From Antedon mediterranea (Eukaryota > Animalia > Echinodermata), in assembly GCF_964355755.1 (NCBI RefSeq), contig NC_092676.1, forward strand, positions 7,045,888 to 7,109,887: DNA of 64,000 nucleotides, given 5' to 3'. The notes under the pieces were generated by a model that worked only from the letters and a program-made list of their open reading frames with translations, had not been told where the DNA came from and ran no database searches. Position 1 is the stretch's first letter; each line of letters starts with the position of its first letter. Shown in pieces: positions 49,370 through 61,959 of this stretch. The translations under genes were made by a program, and so were the position numbers.

Positions 49370-51577
49370 CTAAAGTGTTCCCATTAATAGAGGGTCACTT
49401 GAATAAGGGTGTCTTAAAGGCGGAGTTGTAACATCTATCAGCGTTAACCGTCTAGATGTACTATATACTTTACGTTATGTTATGACGTTTTTGTTGTCTT
49501 CTGCCAAAAAAAAATCTTTGCCAAATATACTTATTAAATAACTGGGAATTGTTAATATTATAGACTCCTTCAGATTCTTCCGTTGTCGATGAAAATATGT
49601 ATAGGTTTGCCGATTTACCTATTTGATGTTCCTCCTCTAATCTTTCGGCCACAATCTCATAACTATTCTATGTTACCTGAATGTTTTCAATGTGAAATAA
49701 CAGTCATCAATAAATCAATCAATATAGTTGATTGTAAAATCCAGGTCAGAGGCAATTATATTCTTGTTTTATAACCACTCCTTTATATGACATTGATACA
49801 GACTTACTTACTTAGTATAAATGTATATTCGATTTAAGTATTTATGTCTAGTACGGATGTGCCATGGATTAAAAGTGTAGCCTTTCTGTAAATCCAATTT
49901 TATCTATGGTTTGATTGATGGATGAATATGTTGCTATTCCTGTTCCGTGTAAATGTTATACATATTGTCAATCAAAGAGCTATAGTATTGTAGTGTTGCC
50001 TACGCATTACGGGGCACCATTTGAGGTGGTGGGGGAGACTGTTCCAATAACTAATTGGTTATAATAGTTTTTATGACTCTATGAGTACTACAAGTACTGA
50101 ACATTTCTAATCTCGGTCACTCAATCACTCGCTTCTGCATCTGTCACTAGATACACCTTAACTGACTCTCGCAAGTCATCTAGTTAGGATGTATCTAGTT
50201 AGGCCTACAACAGCTGCAGAATCGGGTGTCTTGATACTATAATAATGGTCCATTCTTCTTACTTGTTCTGTTTCTATTTTGTTATACTTGCTCGTTACTA
50301 ATATTGAACTTAAGCTTGAACTTGAGACAAACAGGTTGAGAGAATTGAACCAATTGTTTCCTGATATAGGCCTAAATATTTCCTTTCAGTTGTATTTCCT
50401 ATGACAATAATTTATGGAATCTGAATTCGAAGAATATCATATACTGCAGACTACAGAATCTTTATTGGCCAATAAAGGAAATTAGTTTGTTGACAAGCTC
50501 GAACAAACAATAGAAATATATAAAAAGTCAGATATACAAAATTACAAGTGTATATATAACATTAAACAACGGCTGAAATCACATCAAAATAATATTAATA
50601 ATTATTTTACTTTCCTTATTTTGTTTATTCAATATTGGTTCATATAAAGGTTGATGAGCTTAAACATTAGATTTAATACGATTAAAGCAGATTTAATAAG
50701 TACCTCCTCGATGTAATCACCCTATCTTTGTTAATCCTTCCATCAAATCTGTTAATCCAAGACCAATCCCATCGATAATCCACAGCTTTATAATCGGAAA
50801 ATTAAGATAAATTATCGACACTGATTGGTCAATAAAAGTATAAACGTTTCCACAAACTTAGACTATATGTTTTGAGAATGGTTAACATACCTACACTGTA
50901 AATTAATGGTCGACCCATCCAAGTCACCGTTTTGACACAAATATCAAAACGAAAGAAGCTGTTTAATAAATAATTGAAACGGTGGGTAGATTGAATCTTG
51001 CCTGTACCCATCATAAATTAACTTGCTTGAAAACAGCTTGAGTGTCCCGTCATTCACAGAAGAAAAACAAGTTGGTTACGGCTTGCAAAAACTCTCGTTA
51101 TTTCTCAACAGTTTTCGCTTGTACCAGGTAAGTATAAAACATGTTGTCAAACTATTCAATCGATGTTAAAAATGGTCAAAAAATATGTTGTATAATCATA
51201 CCTGTGTAATATAGCATTTATTCTTCTCTGAGATAACTTAAAAGTTGCAACTTCTCTTCAATAAACGTATACCCTCATTCGTAAATTGAAACGCGATGAT
51301 CAGCTTCACTTTTTCAGGAGACTTGAACAGTGTAGTAAGAAATTAGTAAGTTGTGAAACGTCAATATTGCATTTCTTCTTCGACATTTGCTAAAGTGGAT
51401 CAGGAAAAATCAAAGAAATAGCACAAAAATGCGAAATAATTTGTGAAAAAATGTGATATCGCATGAGTTGAAAGAAAAGTTGGAACACGCAGAAAAGTGT
51501 TGACATTTGTTTCCTTTTATGATGTGCAAGTCTAGAATTGGTATAGTTATATCTTTTTTTTCACCAGGTAACCAGGC

Positions 51578-51682
51578 ATGAGAAATCTTGTCTTTTTAGC
51601 GATTGTTCTGATGTTGTCAGAAGTGTATGCCACCCATTATCGCGGTGGTACGTTTTATTGGGAACAAATCGGAAAATCAAAG
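51578..51682 (+). CDS. Secreted multi-domain protein, coding exon 1
   Basis: MRNLVFLAIVLMLSEVYA signal peptide then THYRGGTFYWEQIGKSK. Acceptor at 51567; donor AAG|GTATGA, phase 0. Confidence 0.85.
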
Positions 51683-52138
51683 GTATGAATCGAGAGAGGT
51701 TTTAAAATGACGTTATATCTATTTGTTATAGATTCGAAATATAATCTCGATTTCTGATTTCTTGACTTGATAAAATAGTAGACCTCCCAACTCCCGATAA
51801 TGGCGGGAGTCTCCGGATATTTCGAGTCATCTTCGGCTCTTCCGCTAAAATGCAATTTCTCCCGATATTTTGGATAAACAAAAATCTCCCGATATTTAAT
51901 ACATTTATAATTTATATACTACTCAAGATAGTGATAAAACATATTTATTTTAATAAATATTGCCAATATTTTTAGGGTTTCTTAGCACCCTCTATGGTTT
52001 TATGTAATATTATAGCGCCCTTTGTACTTTTTATAAAACTTTCATATATTTAATTTTTCAAATAATTATTTAAAGTTGTCTGAAATAGAATATTTTAGTA
52101 TATACTATTATTTAAATTTCGTTGATGTTTTTTTATAG

Positions 52139-52383
52139 ATTCGTGTTCACTGGCGTCTTGCTTTCCTATTAAAACCATCATGGCATGAGTATTATTGTCA
52201 AAATATTGGAGATCATCTAACATCTGAAACAACGCTAGGGCTGACGTGTCTTGACTGCTATTCAAACAGAACAATTTTGAGTCCACTATCTTTTGAATGT
52301 ACATCTATTTCACAAGATATGGGATGGAGTTTGCTTGATGGATACGTCGACTACCAACCGGATGTTCCAATATTTACTATGGG
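52139..52383 (+). CDS. Secreted protein, coding exon 2
   Basis: TTTTTATAG| IRVHWRLAF...CTSISQDMGWS...IFTMG |GTGAGT; 245 nt, phase 0 to 2. Confidence 0.85.
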
Positions 52384-52916
52384 GTGAGTGTGTTTTATCA
52401 GTTGGATCTAGATATTTTCATTGAGAAAAACTTCACTTCCAAAGTTTAAGACATGTTTATGCAGAGCACCTTGTGTGTATTTTTTCTTGTGTGAGCAAGA
52501 AATAAGAAGTCACGGCAATTTGTCTAAACGAAAGGTAGAAGGTTTTTTACATATTGCCAATTAACAGGTTTAAAATATCGCATTAAATAATAGGATAATT
52601 GTCACACTCGAATGTGACCATTTTATTGGATAATTTCATCTCGAGTGGAAAGATGAGAATAAATTGTTGACTGCGTAAACATGGCGATAGATGGAAAAGG
52701 CGAACAGACCTCTACAAACGAGATGTTTATGAAATCATAATAAACAGTTTGTAGCGATATGCTTTATTCCAAACTTTATTTTATAAAGCTAATAATAATG
52801 ATTTCTAGTGTATTTTATAATTTCATACACAAATTAGAAAAAAATCATCACGCGGTTTTACTTCTCTCTCTATTTAGGTATGGTGAAATAAATTGTTGTT
52901 TTTTTTCTTTTTGCAG

Positions 52917-53107
52917 GTTTATGACAACTGGTATTTGTAGTGACAGTAGTTGGATTCAGCTTGAAAACTACGGCTCTGGGAATGGAAAGTGCTGGTCTCT
53001 TCTGACCAAAGTTGACACAACTCTACACAACGACTCGCCAAGAGTCACAGCCGGGTTACCAGTGTATCAAGTGAGGCGTGGTTGTAAACGAGTCATTGAC
53101 CTGAATC
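52917..53107 (+). CDS. Secreted protein, coding exon 3
   Basis: TTTTGCAG| FMTTG...WSLLTKVD...NDSPRV...GCKRVIDLN |GTAAGT; 191 nt, phase 2 to 1. Confidence 0.88.
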
Positions 53108-53556
53108 GTAAGTATGATTGGTTCAATCATTTCAAAACACTAGCCCATAAATAATGTGTTTACCTTCTTTTTTTTCCTTTTTTTGCTTATCAAATTTCCG
53201 ATATAAGAGTAAAAAATACATTTTATATATTACGTCATTCTATTCTTGCTTACTCAAAATAAACCATTATAACCATTATAATATACAAATTCATAGTAAA
53301 AGTACGGTAAGTATTTGTACATTCGACTCAGTTGATTATTAGACTTGTATAGTCAGGGTTCACTCTTCCTTGGAATAGTACCGTATGCAATTAAAAGGAG
53401 CTTTCTATTTCCGATGACCGGCCGACAACCTACAGTATAGGAACAAGTTAAGTTAGTGTCATTGATTGTGCGCTTAAGTTCTTATAATCATGGAGAAATA
53501 TTTCTCCATGATATATTAATATAATGACTATAGTCGCCACAACAGCAACACATTAT

Positions 53557-53718
53557 ACAAATAATGAATGTTTATGAGTGCAATGGTACAAATAATGGCA
53601 CGAGGTGGATGATGAAAGGTTATATCAACGAGGCAAAGCCGAGTTGATATAACCTTTCATCATTCACCAAGTGCCATTATTTGTACCATTACACGAATAC
53701 AAAACATTCATTATTTGT
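53557..53718. repeat. Long palindrome (~75-bp arms) centred on GAGGC-AAA-GCCGAG; probable non-autonomous element extending to ~53867
   Basis: ATGATGAAAGGTTATATCAAC / GTTGATATAACCTTTCATCAT is perfect and the outer arms are near perfect. Second IR TATATAACA..TA / TA..TGTTATATA. Confidence 0.85.
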
Positions 53719-54276
53719 TTTATATAACATCTAGACGTTTTTTTTTCGTACACAAAAATGTTTCAAAAAGTACTATTTAACGATCGTTGAATAGTGCGTA
53801 CTATTGCACGCCATGTGACCCACATTCGTCCAATCAAATGACAGGAATTTATATAGGTGTTATATAAATTCAAATATTGTATTTTGGTTTCTAGCAATAT
53901 ATATATGCTGTTTATTTGATACTTACACTACACCACATCCTCCTGTCTCAGTCTCAATTCATTGTATTCATTCCACATACGGACTTAAAACATCCGATTT
54001 AAATACATTTTTGTTAGATCACGGAGGTAATATTTTATACCGCCACAGTTAGATATACCATTCTACCTAATTACAGGCGTCATATCACGACTTTTATAGA
54101 CATATTTTACAAGAAAAAAACACACACACACACACAATCTTGTGGTCAAAACGTATTATTCATAACAAGAGTAGTGCATAGTATTTACTGTTACACTTTG
54201 GATAAAATAATTACACATGGTCAATATCAAATTACGAAACAAATACATTTCTAGTGGTAATAAATAATAATAGTAA

Positions 54277-54645
54277 TACCGTATTTATTCGAATAAAAAT
54301 CTTCTTCGAATAAACGCCGCCCTCGAATAAAATCCCACATACAACATCATTTGGAATAAACGCTCCCCCTCATATAAGCACCCCGGGACGTTTATTTATT
54401 TCCTTGAATAAACACCCTCCCACATACATATCACAATATAGTATTGCAACACATTTCTACTTGTAGTAGACTTCACTGATTGACATTATCTACAATTTAC
54501 CAGGCATTTTAATAAAAGTTTTAATGTATTTTATCACTTCTTAATATTATATTATTTCATAGCTCGCGGAGGTATTTATTTGATTACATGTTACCATATT
54601 ACAGTAAAAAAATATAGATTTTTAGTTTATTCGAATAAATATAAA
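54277..54645 (+). mobile_element. pogo/Tigger-like MITE
   Basis: TA|CCGTATTTATTCGAATAAA ... TTTATTCGAATAAATA with repeated GAATAAACGC motifs. An inverted relative starts at 58057. Confidence 0.65.
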
Positions 54646-54829
54646 TATTCGTAATAAGAATGGAAGTGTATTAAGAAGTACATTTTCTGATGAGTTCAAC
54701 ACCAGACCAAGTAGTGGTTACATTTCTGTATTTTAATTTTCCAATCAATTAGTATTTCTGGTGAAAGGTATTTAGTTTTATTTGTTTCATGGCATGTTAT
54801 CTACACACATCTCCAATAACCAATTCCTA

Positions 54830-55620
54830 CTACCATTGCATTGTGTGCGCCATTGCACCTAGATTGGTAAATCGTGACCTCTTACTACCATTGTGTGTGT
54901 CGTCTCATCTGGCTGCCAGATTCCTAGATTGTTAAATCGTGACCTCCTACTATTGTATGCGTCATCACACCTGGCTGCCCAGATCATTAGATTGGTAAAT
55001 CTTGACCTCTTACTACCATTGTGTGCGCCATCCCAACTGACTGCTCAGATTCCTGGATCGGTAACAGTATACTGTATCCTATTACTACCATCTCGTGCGT
55101 CGAATCATTTGACTGCACAGATTCCTCGATCGGTGGAATGTCTCTTCTTCCATCTACCATTTCGTGCGTCGTTATTCCATTTGACTGCTCAGATTCCTGG
55201 ATCGGTGGAATGTCACTTCTTCCATCCCCCATTCTGTGTGCCGTTACATTTGACTGCACAGATTCCTGGATCGGTGGAATGTCACTTCTTCCATCCCCCA
55301 TTCTGTGTGCCATTACATTTGACTGCACAGATTCCTGGATTGGTGGAATGTCTCTTATTCCATCCCCCATTCTGTGTGCCGTTACATTTGACTGCTCAGA
55401 TTCCTGAATCGGTGGAATGTCTCTTATTCCATCCCCCATTCTGTTTGCCGTTACATTTGACTGCTCAGATTCCTGAATCGGTGGAATGTCTCTTATTCCA
55501 TCCCCCATTCTGTGTGCCGTTACATTTGACTGCTCAGATTCCTGAATCGGTGGAATGTCTCTTCTTCCATCTCCCATTTTGTGCAGCGTTCCATTTGACT
55601 GCACAGATTCCTGGATCTGT
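54830..55620. repeat. Tandem array of ~11 units, 69-bp core
   Basis: Anchor CAGAT(T/C) at 54917, 54980, 55046, 55118, 55190, 55259, 55328, 55397, 55466, 55535 and 55604. Confidence 0.95.
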
Positions 55621-55655
55621 ATATTGTATATCCTCCCAGCTATGTTGTGGCTCAT
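54987..55655 (-). CDS. Hypothetical 222-aa protein with 23-aa repeats (IQESEQSNVTAHRMGDGRRDIPP), nested antisense in an intron
   Basis: ATG-started ORF spanning the array; unit length changes are multiples of 3. The opposite strand is also open, so strand and coding status are uncertain. Confidence 0.3.
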   Translation of the reverse strand: MSHNIAGRIYNIQIQESVQSNGTLHKMGDGRRDIPPIQESEQSNVTAHRMGDGIRDIPPIQESEQSNVTANRMGDGIRDIPPIQESEQSNVTAHRMGDGIRDIPPIQESVQSNVMAHRMGDGRSDIPPIQESVQSNVTAHRMGDGRSDIPPIQESEQSNGITTHEMVDGRRDIPPIEESVQSNDSTHEMVVIGYSILLPIQESEQSVGMAHTMVVRGQDLPI

Positions 55656-56410
55656 CTTATATGACTCCTAATGTATTGATCCAAAATACTCTTACTATAA
55701 TATATTTTTTCAGTGCTGTGCAGTGGATGTTTTACTACTAGCCTATAGAATGTTGTTTCTATTTTTCCGCCTCCTATGTTTTGCTGTGAAAAAAAGTTCT
55801 ATTTTTATTAGCACTAAACAGTATTGTGTACAGTTTTTATATTGAATTAAACATTATATTACGGTGTTGGGCTGTGTGTGTGTGTTTTTTTTTTTGCCGT
55901 TTGATTTCTAAATTTTGCCCACCAAAATGCTGTTAAAATGTTTGTATTCGAGATACAATTTATTGATTTTGTTGTTGACAGAAATACAGTAAACATGAAC
56001 GTATATTCCTACACAAACAATAAGGATATTCAGCCTAGGCTACTAGTATCAGCTTAGCATAGACGGTGCCTAACTAAAACAGTCAACATTTGCAATAGGA
56101 AGTGGTTTAAGAACTTGGTATTGTTGCTTTGTTTTACTAACAGTGAGTCTGTATACTTAGTAGACCTACGTGGCGCGGCAGCTCGATATCCCTTTAACCA
56201 GCCGATTATAATAGGACTATTTTCAGAATACATGTTTCTTACTCTTTAAGGAGATTTTAACGGTAAGTTTTCCTTCATATTGTTTAGTTACGTTTTCGGC
56301 ACCTTAGTTCGTAAATCATTTGAATTACCGAACAAAGTCTAGGCCTAGAGAACACTAGTGCCAAATTGATCAATTGGCATCGGAAAGGACTACACACTGT
56401 CAAATGGATG

Positions 56411-57192
56411 TTTATAGAACAATATGATTATGCATACAACTAGCGTAATACCAAAATTCCAAAGATATTGTGACATGACAGTTTGTATTCGATAACTCTA
56501 AAACTCTAACGGTGTGTTCCTAAGAACGTCACAACAAAATTTTGCTTATAGAACATTATAATTAGATATTCAACTAGCTTAATACCAAAACTTCCAAAGA
56601 TATTGTGACATGACCGGTTGTATTCGATAACTCTAAAAGTCTAACGGTGTGTTCCTATTTAAGAACGTCACAACAAAATTATGCTTATAGAAAAATATGA
56701 TTAGGTATACAACTAGCGTAATACCAAAACTTCCAATGATATTGTGACATGACCGGTTGTATTCGATAACTCTAAAACTCTAACACTCTAACACTCTAAC
56801 GGTGTATTCCTATTTAAGAACGTCACAACAAAATTATGCTTATAGAAACATATGATTAGGTATACAACTAGCGTAATACCAAAACTTTCAATGATATTGT
56901 GACATGACCGGTTGTATTCGATAACTCTAAAACTCTAACACTCTAACACTCTAACGGTGTATTCCTATTTAAGAACGTCACAACAAAATTATGCTTATAG
57001 AAACATATGATTAGGTATACAACTAGCGTAATACCAAAACTTTCAATGATATTGTGACATGACCGGTTGTATTCGATAACTCTAAAAGTCTAACGGTGTG
57101 TTCCTATTTAAGAACGTCACAACAAAATTATACTTATAGAAAAATATGATTAGGTATACAACTAGCGTAATACCAAAACTTCCAATGATATT
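56411..57192. repeat. Satellite-like tandem array, ~5.7 units of 135-155 bp
   Basis: Anchor GATATT at 56464, 56599, 56738, 56893, 57048 and 57187. Degenerate outlier near 57390-57450. Confidence 0.95.
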
Positions 57193-58056
57193 TTTTGTAT
57201 ATTAATTGCTTTTAATTTGTATCAACTTTATTATTATATAAGTATAGTAGTTGAGCTACTTATTCAATGAGACTAGATCTCTTATTCGTCATATTATTTT
57301 GCTTTTTTTAAATTTTGCTTTGGATGCACCGTTAGGTATTGTCTAACGTGTGCCACTGTTACACAAGTGATTCCATTAAGTTGTATTGACAGGCTGTATT
57401 CGATAAATCTAACGGTGTGTTCCTATTTATGAACGTTAAAACAAAATTAATATTATCGGGAAAGTTCTATTTTGTAAGTTTAGACACAACACATTTTTAA
57501 TGAAATTGTTAAAAAGAATATAGGCCTAGCAATTAATTGTTATCGCAATTCCTTTCAATCAGAAAAGTCCTAAATTGACAGACAGCTGTACATTGCTGCG
57601 GCCTTTAAAAAAAATTATAAAAAAACTTACGTTACAGAAACTATAATTATGTTTCTATGTAGGCCAGTAATAGTAAACCGTTTAAATGTCTAAAACTTTT
57701 TTATTGATAAATTTTTTAAAGATTTATTAATAACTCTGACGTGGGCATTCTTTTAAATATATTAAATATCTGGTAGCGCTATACGTAATAATATTAATTA
57801 AACGATCATGTGCCCATGATCAATCAATACGTAATAGCCGTCGAGAAACAAAACAATTCTATTTTATATCCGTACAACCACGCTATTTCCACGTCAGTCG
57901 CATTATATTGTGAATAATTCAATCATTATTCGAAACTGTGTTTTTTTATTTTAATTTTCATAAATTTTTTTCATTTTTAAACGTACAATGTATTGTCCAA
58001 CAATAAACTAAAATTATGTTTTAACGGGTTTTAATTTCATTTTACTATGAAATAAG

Positions 58057-58290
58057 TACCGTATTTATTCGCCACCGACGTTTATAGTTCAAGGGATTTT
58101 TACAGGGGAGTTTATTCGGGTATGGCGTTTATTTTTTGGGTGTAATATGGTAACATGTATAATCAAATAAATACCCCATGAATATGAACAAGTAAAACAC
58201 AATTAATATCAAAAAGTGATAAAATAAATACAAAATCAAAATGCTTGGTAAATCAATGAATTATACTAAAAATAGAAATCAATCAAGCAA
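58057..58290 (-). mobile_element. pogo/Tigger-like MITE, second copy (inverted; probably interrupted by the following LINE)
   Basis: TACCGTATTTATTCG start; 58142-58175 is the reverse complement of 54571-54602 with a 2-nt indel. Confidence 0.55.
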
Positions 58291-58361
58291 TCTATCAATC
58301 AAAGTAACATTATTTCTCTTATAATATTCATAGTAAATAAAAATTAACTAAATATTAAATA

Positions 58362-59450
58362 TGTTTGTTTGTTTTTATTGATTTTCCACACAAAATGAAT
58401 ATGATAATTAAGTAACAATAAACATATATATATACAAGAAAGATGTGTGGCTGGAGGGCAAATAAGTTCAAAGAACTTAAAGGCTTACCCACCAGAAAAG
58501 ATACAATAAACATTATAAAGTATGACGAGTAATTAATACATAGTAAGAATATAAAATAAGAAGTAAAAATACATAAGTAAAATAAAAAATTTAAAAAGTA
58601 GATAAATAAGAAATACAGTAGTATAAGTTATTAAAATGAATCATGTGTGAGTGTTTTAAACTTTAGCATTTGCACAAGTAATAATAAGTTACGTAGTATT
58701 CAAGTACTAATAAATTATTTATTATATTCAGAGACTAAACGCTTTTTGTAGTTGTATTTAAAACTAGAGACTGTACATTTTCTTTTTCTTGAGATAACTC
58801 TCCAGAGCTTAGGTCCAACATAAAAAACAAAGTGACGACGGGGCTTATAAAACGACTTATCAGGAATAAAATTATTTATCGAACTTCTAGTGTTATGTGT
58901 ATGACCTTCAGCAGTTTTTGAAAATAGAGAAAGATATTTTTAGATAAGCGGAACATAAATAGAGCTATCTGAAGCTTATTCAAATCATAAATATTTAGAA
59001 CGTTAAGCTTATAAAAAAGTAATTTCGAATGTGATCTATAAGATTGCCCTGCACAAATACGTAAAGCACGTTTTTGTAATTTAAACAAGCAGTCAATATG
59101 GGTAGTCTCATTACTAAGCCATGGGCACAATGTATCGAACTTAACCGGCCCAACTTAAATTAATATATGAAAGATAAGGTAAAACTAAGACATTGTATAA
59201 TGTGAGTAGGATTTGTTGAGGGAGTAGATGTTTAAGTTTGTTAATTATACCTATGTTTCTAGCGATCAAGCTACTGGTTATATTAATATGTTGCTTCCAT
59301 GTCAAAGTTGAGTCAATAGTGACACCAAGGAACTTGATTTCATGAACATGGTTAATTAGCATTTTATTAATGTATATATTTTTATCTGTTTTTGTTTTGG
59401 CTTTAGGTTTTGAAAAAAATAATGTAATTGGTTTTGGATATGTTAAGAAT
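58362..59450 (-). mobile_element. 5'-truncated, disrupted CR1/L2-group LINE
   Basis: KFLGVTIDSTLTWKQHI...LLTLYNVLVLPYLSY and LQKRALRI...HSKLLFYKLNVLNIYDL (RT C-terminal region) broken by stops and frameshifts; AATAAA and an (AAAC)n tail. Confidence 0.88.
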
Positions 59451-59999
59451 TAATTTGTGTTATGTTATGTTGTTATGCAAAAGTTTGTATATAATGCATG
59501 TGGCGGAGAGTTTAAGCTATTCAAGATATAAATAAACGCCATTGGGAGTTTATTCGAAGGAGGTGGGGATGATTACAAAATATTATTGCGTTATAGGAAA
59601 AACCCGTGTTTCCTCTTGTCATTGACGTAGAGGTCATTTACCTTTCAAGTCAGAATCAAGTAGGTTTGCATCCTGTACCATGGTCATTTGTGGAGCAAAG
59701 TTGATATTTTTTAAATTTTAATAAGTTTTTAACTAGAATTAACTATTTATCTAGCCATGGTATACCACATTTTTACTGAATGATAACATTGTTGTTCTTC
59801 TTCTTAACGTTTTCCGTCTTCCGACATTACGCTTTCCACAATTTGTTTCCATTTTTGTCTGTTTATGGCAGGATGGTTTTTGTTATTATATTTAATATGT
59901 ATAATGTAATTATTTTTGTTAAATTTACACATAATTTGAACTTTTGAGGACGTTAATAAAAAAATTAAAAATAGTGAAAAATAACTATTATTTTAATAG

Positions 60000-60127
60000 C
60001 CATCGACATCAACGGAGACCCAACTAAATGCCGATGGGCTAACAAAGACGAATGTCCAGGAGTTAGGGACAGCAGTGACGTATACCCTGTATGTGGCCAG
60101 CCGACAGAATTGACAGTTCTCCATGAG
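60000..60127 (+). CDS. Secreted protein, coding exon 4
   Basis: TTTTAATAG| PIDINGDPTKCRWANKDECPG...VCGQPTELTVLHE |GTAGGT; 128 nt, phase 1 to 0. Confidence 0.88.
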
Positions 60128-60997
60128 GTAGGTCTATCACGAAGCTAGACATGTACGAGTGAAATAATTAGACATTAAACGTAGACATACAAAAGAGAAT
60201 TTACATCTTACAAGAGAAGAATAACATTTACGATCTTCTTTATCTTTACCGACTCTCATCGATGCGAACCACGAACGTCACGCACAGTCTTGTTACTGAT
60301 TCACCCTTCCTCATTGGTCGGAATGGGTAATTCCCTAGTCTCGCCAGGCTATCACTTTCACAACAATTGCTTACTTCCACATGTATCATATCCCATTAGT
60401 CAGAATAATTACATTTAATTTCTTTTCTTTTGTGACGTCCAATAATTTATTTATACCTTATTAGGAAGTAGACGCGATATTAATTGTATTTAAAGAATTT
60501 TTGGAATATACAATCTAAGTCACGTGGAAAAATTGCTGCGTCACTCTTGTTTCCTAATACACAATGATGAAGAGTGTGACCAGCTTTGCTGGCCATACGG
60601 AACAAGCTTGTAATGAATATATATAATATACATTCTTAATGCCTAATCTAATGGATATGTTTAAATATGTGTGTATACTTTACATAATGACATATGTGTA
60701 AAAACAACAAAGTATAATGTATTCAAAGGACGACATAAAGACTCAAATACATCTCAGGACATAACAATTACATACGGTAACTTATTTAGACAAAAAACAT
60801 TTTACAATCAATACGGTACAATTTATAAAAAAAACCCATTTTTTTGGCGACTGGTGTAATGTATGATGTTGCTGAAACGAAAAAATAAAAGTGGGGCGAC
60901 CATTTTGTGTGTGTTAATGTTACAAACATTAAACAAGGTTCAGGTCGGTACCGTAACTTCTTTGAACGTGTTTTCTTTACATTTTTCATTTTTACAG

Positions 60998-61145
60998 AAA
61001 GCTTGCCAGATCGAGTTTATCACCGGAGAAAATGAGTTGGAAGGATGGTATGCAGCTTCAGTAATGATTGAAGATTTTGAAGACAAAACTTACTCTAAAG
61101 CAAAGAGTACAGTTCCATTTCAGTTCTTGTTGAAAGTTACTGCAC
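60998..61145 (+). CDS. Secreted protein, coding exon 5
   Basis: TTTTTACAG| KACQIEF...GWYAASVMIEDF...STVPFQFLLKVTA |GTAAGC; 148 nt, phase 0 to 1. Confidence 0.9.
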
Positions 61146-61217
61146 GTAAGCTATCACTAAGTTTATGATATTTCCGATCAAAATTTAAATGTTTCTTCAT
61201 TAGTCACTCACACATTA

Positions 61218-61500
61218 TTTAAAGGTTTGTATGGCGAAATGAAATTTTGATAATACAGTTTGCGGTAAACCACGTGTATAGTTCTAAAAAGAACTGTTGT
61301 GTTGATCATCCTGATCGTCGTCCAAGGACGATTAAAGCATATAGAATATACATATTAAAACGTCGATAAACTCAACAGCCCTTTTCTCAGAACTAATACA
61401 CCTGATGTACCACACACTTTATATCAACATAGTCACATATTACAACCACGCTATTTCCACGTAAGTGATTTGACTTTTTCACAAACCATTATTCGAAACT
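61218..61500. repeat. Dispersed repeat fragment (possibly Kolobok-like)
   Basis: Starts TTAAAGG. TACAACCACGCTATTTCCACGT...ATTATTCGAAACTGT also occurs at ~57873-57939, and TATAGTTCT.AAAAGA at ~63200. Confidence 0.45.
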
Positions 61501-61543
61501 GTCGTTTGTTAATGGTCACCTCACTTGCGTTGCGTCTACGTTA

Positions 61544-61714
61544 AGCTTGGTTCCCACTAGCGACACAAAGTAACCTACGCAACTTAAGGAAATGCTCTTC
61601 CAATCATTGTGTTTGCCCCCGCCCGCGTAAAATCAAACCTGCGATTTTTTACAGCACTTTGCGTCAATACGTCGTTGAGTTACGTTGCGTTACGTCGCTA
61701 GTGAGAACCACGCT
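61544..61714. mobile_element. Family B-related MITE (different interior)
   Basis: AGCTTGGTTCCCACTAGCGAC ... GTCGCTAGTGAGAACCACGCT; sister copy at 61960-62140. Confidence 0.8.
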
Positions 61715-61753
61715 TAAGCTTTAAATATATACCGTTTCTTGTTTCTTTGCTAG

Positions 61754-61868
61754 CCGGATCATGTGTTGCGCCAATAATTGATGTTGAGAAATGTAGTTTG
61801 GGTGAACCAGGTGAGCTGTGGAGTACAGAAGTAACTGCTTCTTTACAAGAAGATTCTGACGCAACCAC
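61754..61868 (+). CDS. Secreted protein, coding exon 6
   Basis: TTCTTTGCTAG| PGSCVAPIIDVEKC...EDSDAT |GTATGT; 115 nt, phase 1 to 2. Confidence 0.85.
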
Positions 61869-61959
61869 GTATGTTTAATGTTCTTTTCAATAATATAAAT
61901 AAACTTGAGAATCTTGCATATACTCCTACTGACTAGCCACTGTATAGGCCACTGACTTA

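Noticed and set aside
51647-51653. Earlier donor G|GTACGT for coding exon 1
   Set aside because: It gives phase 1, incompatible with exon 2, and cuts the GGTFYW motif.
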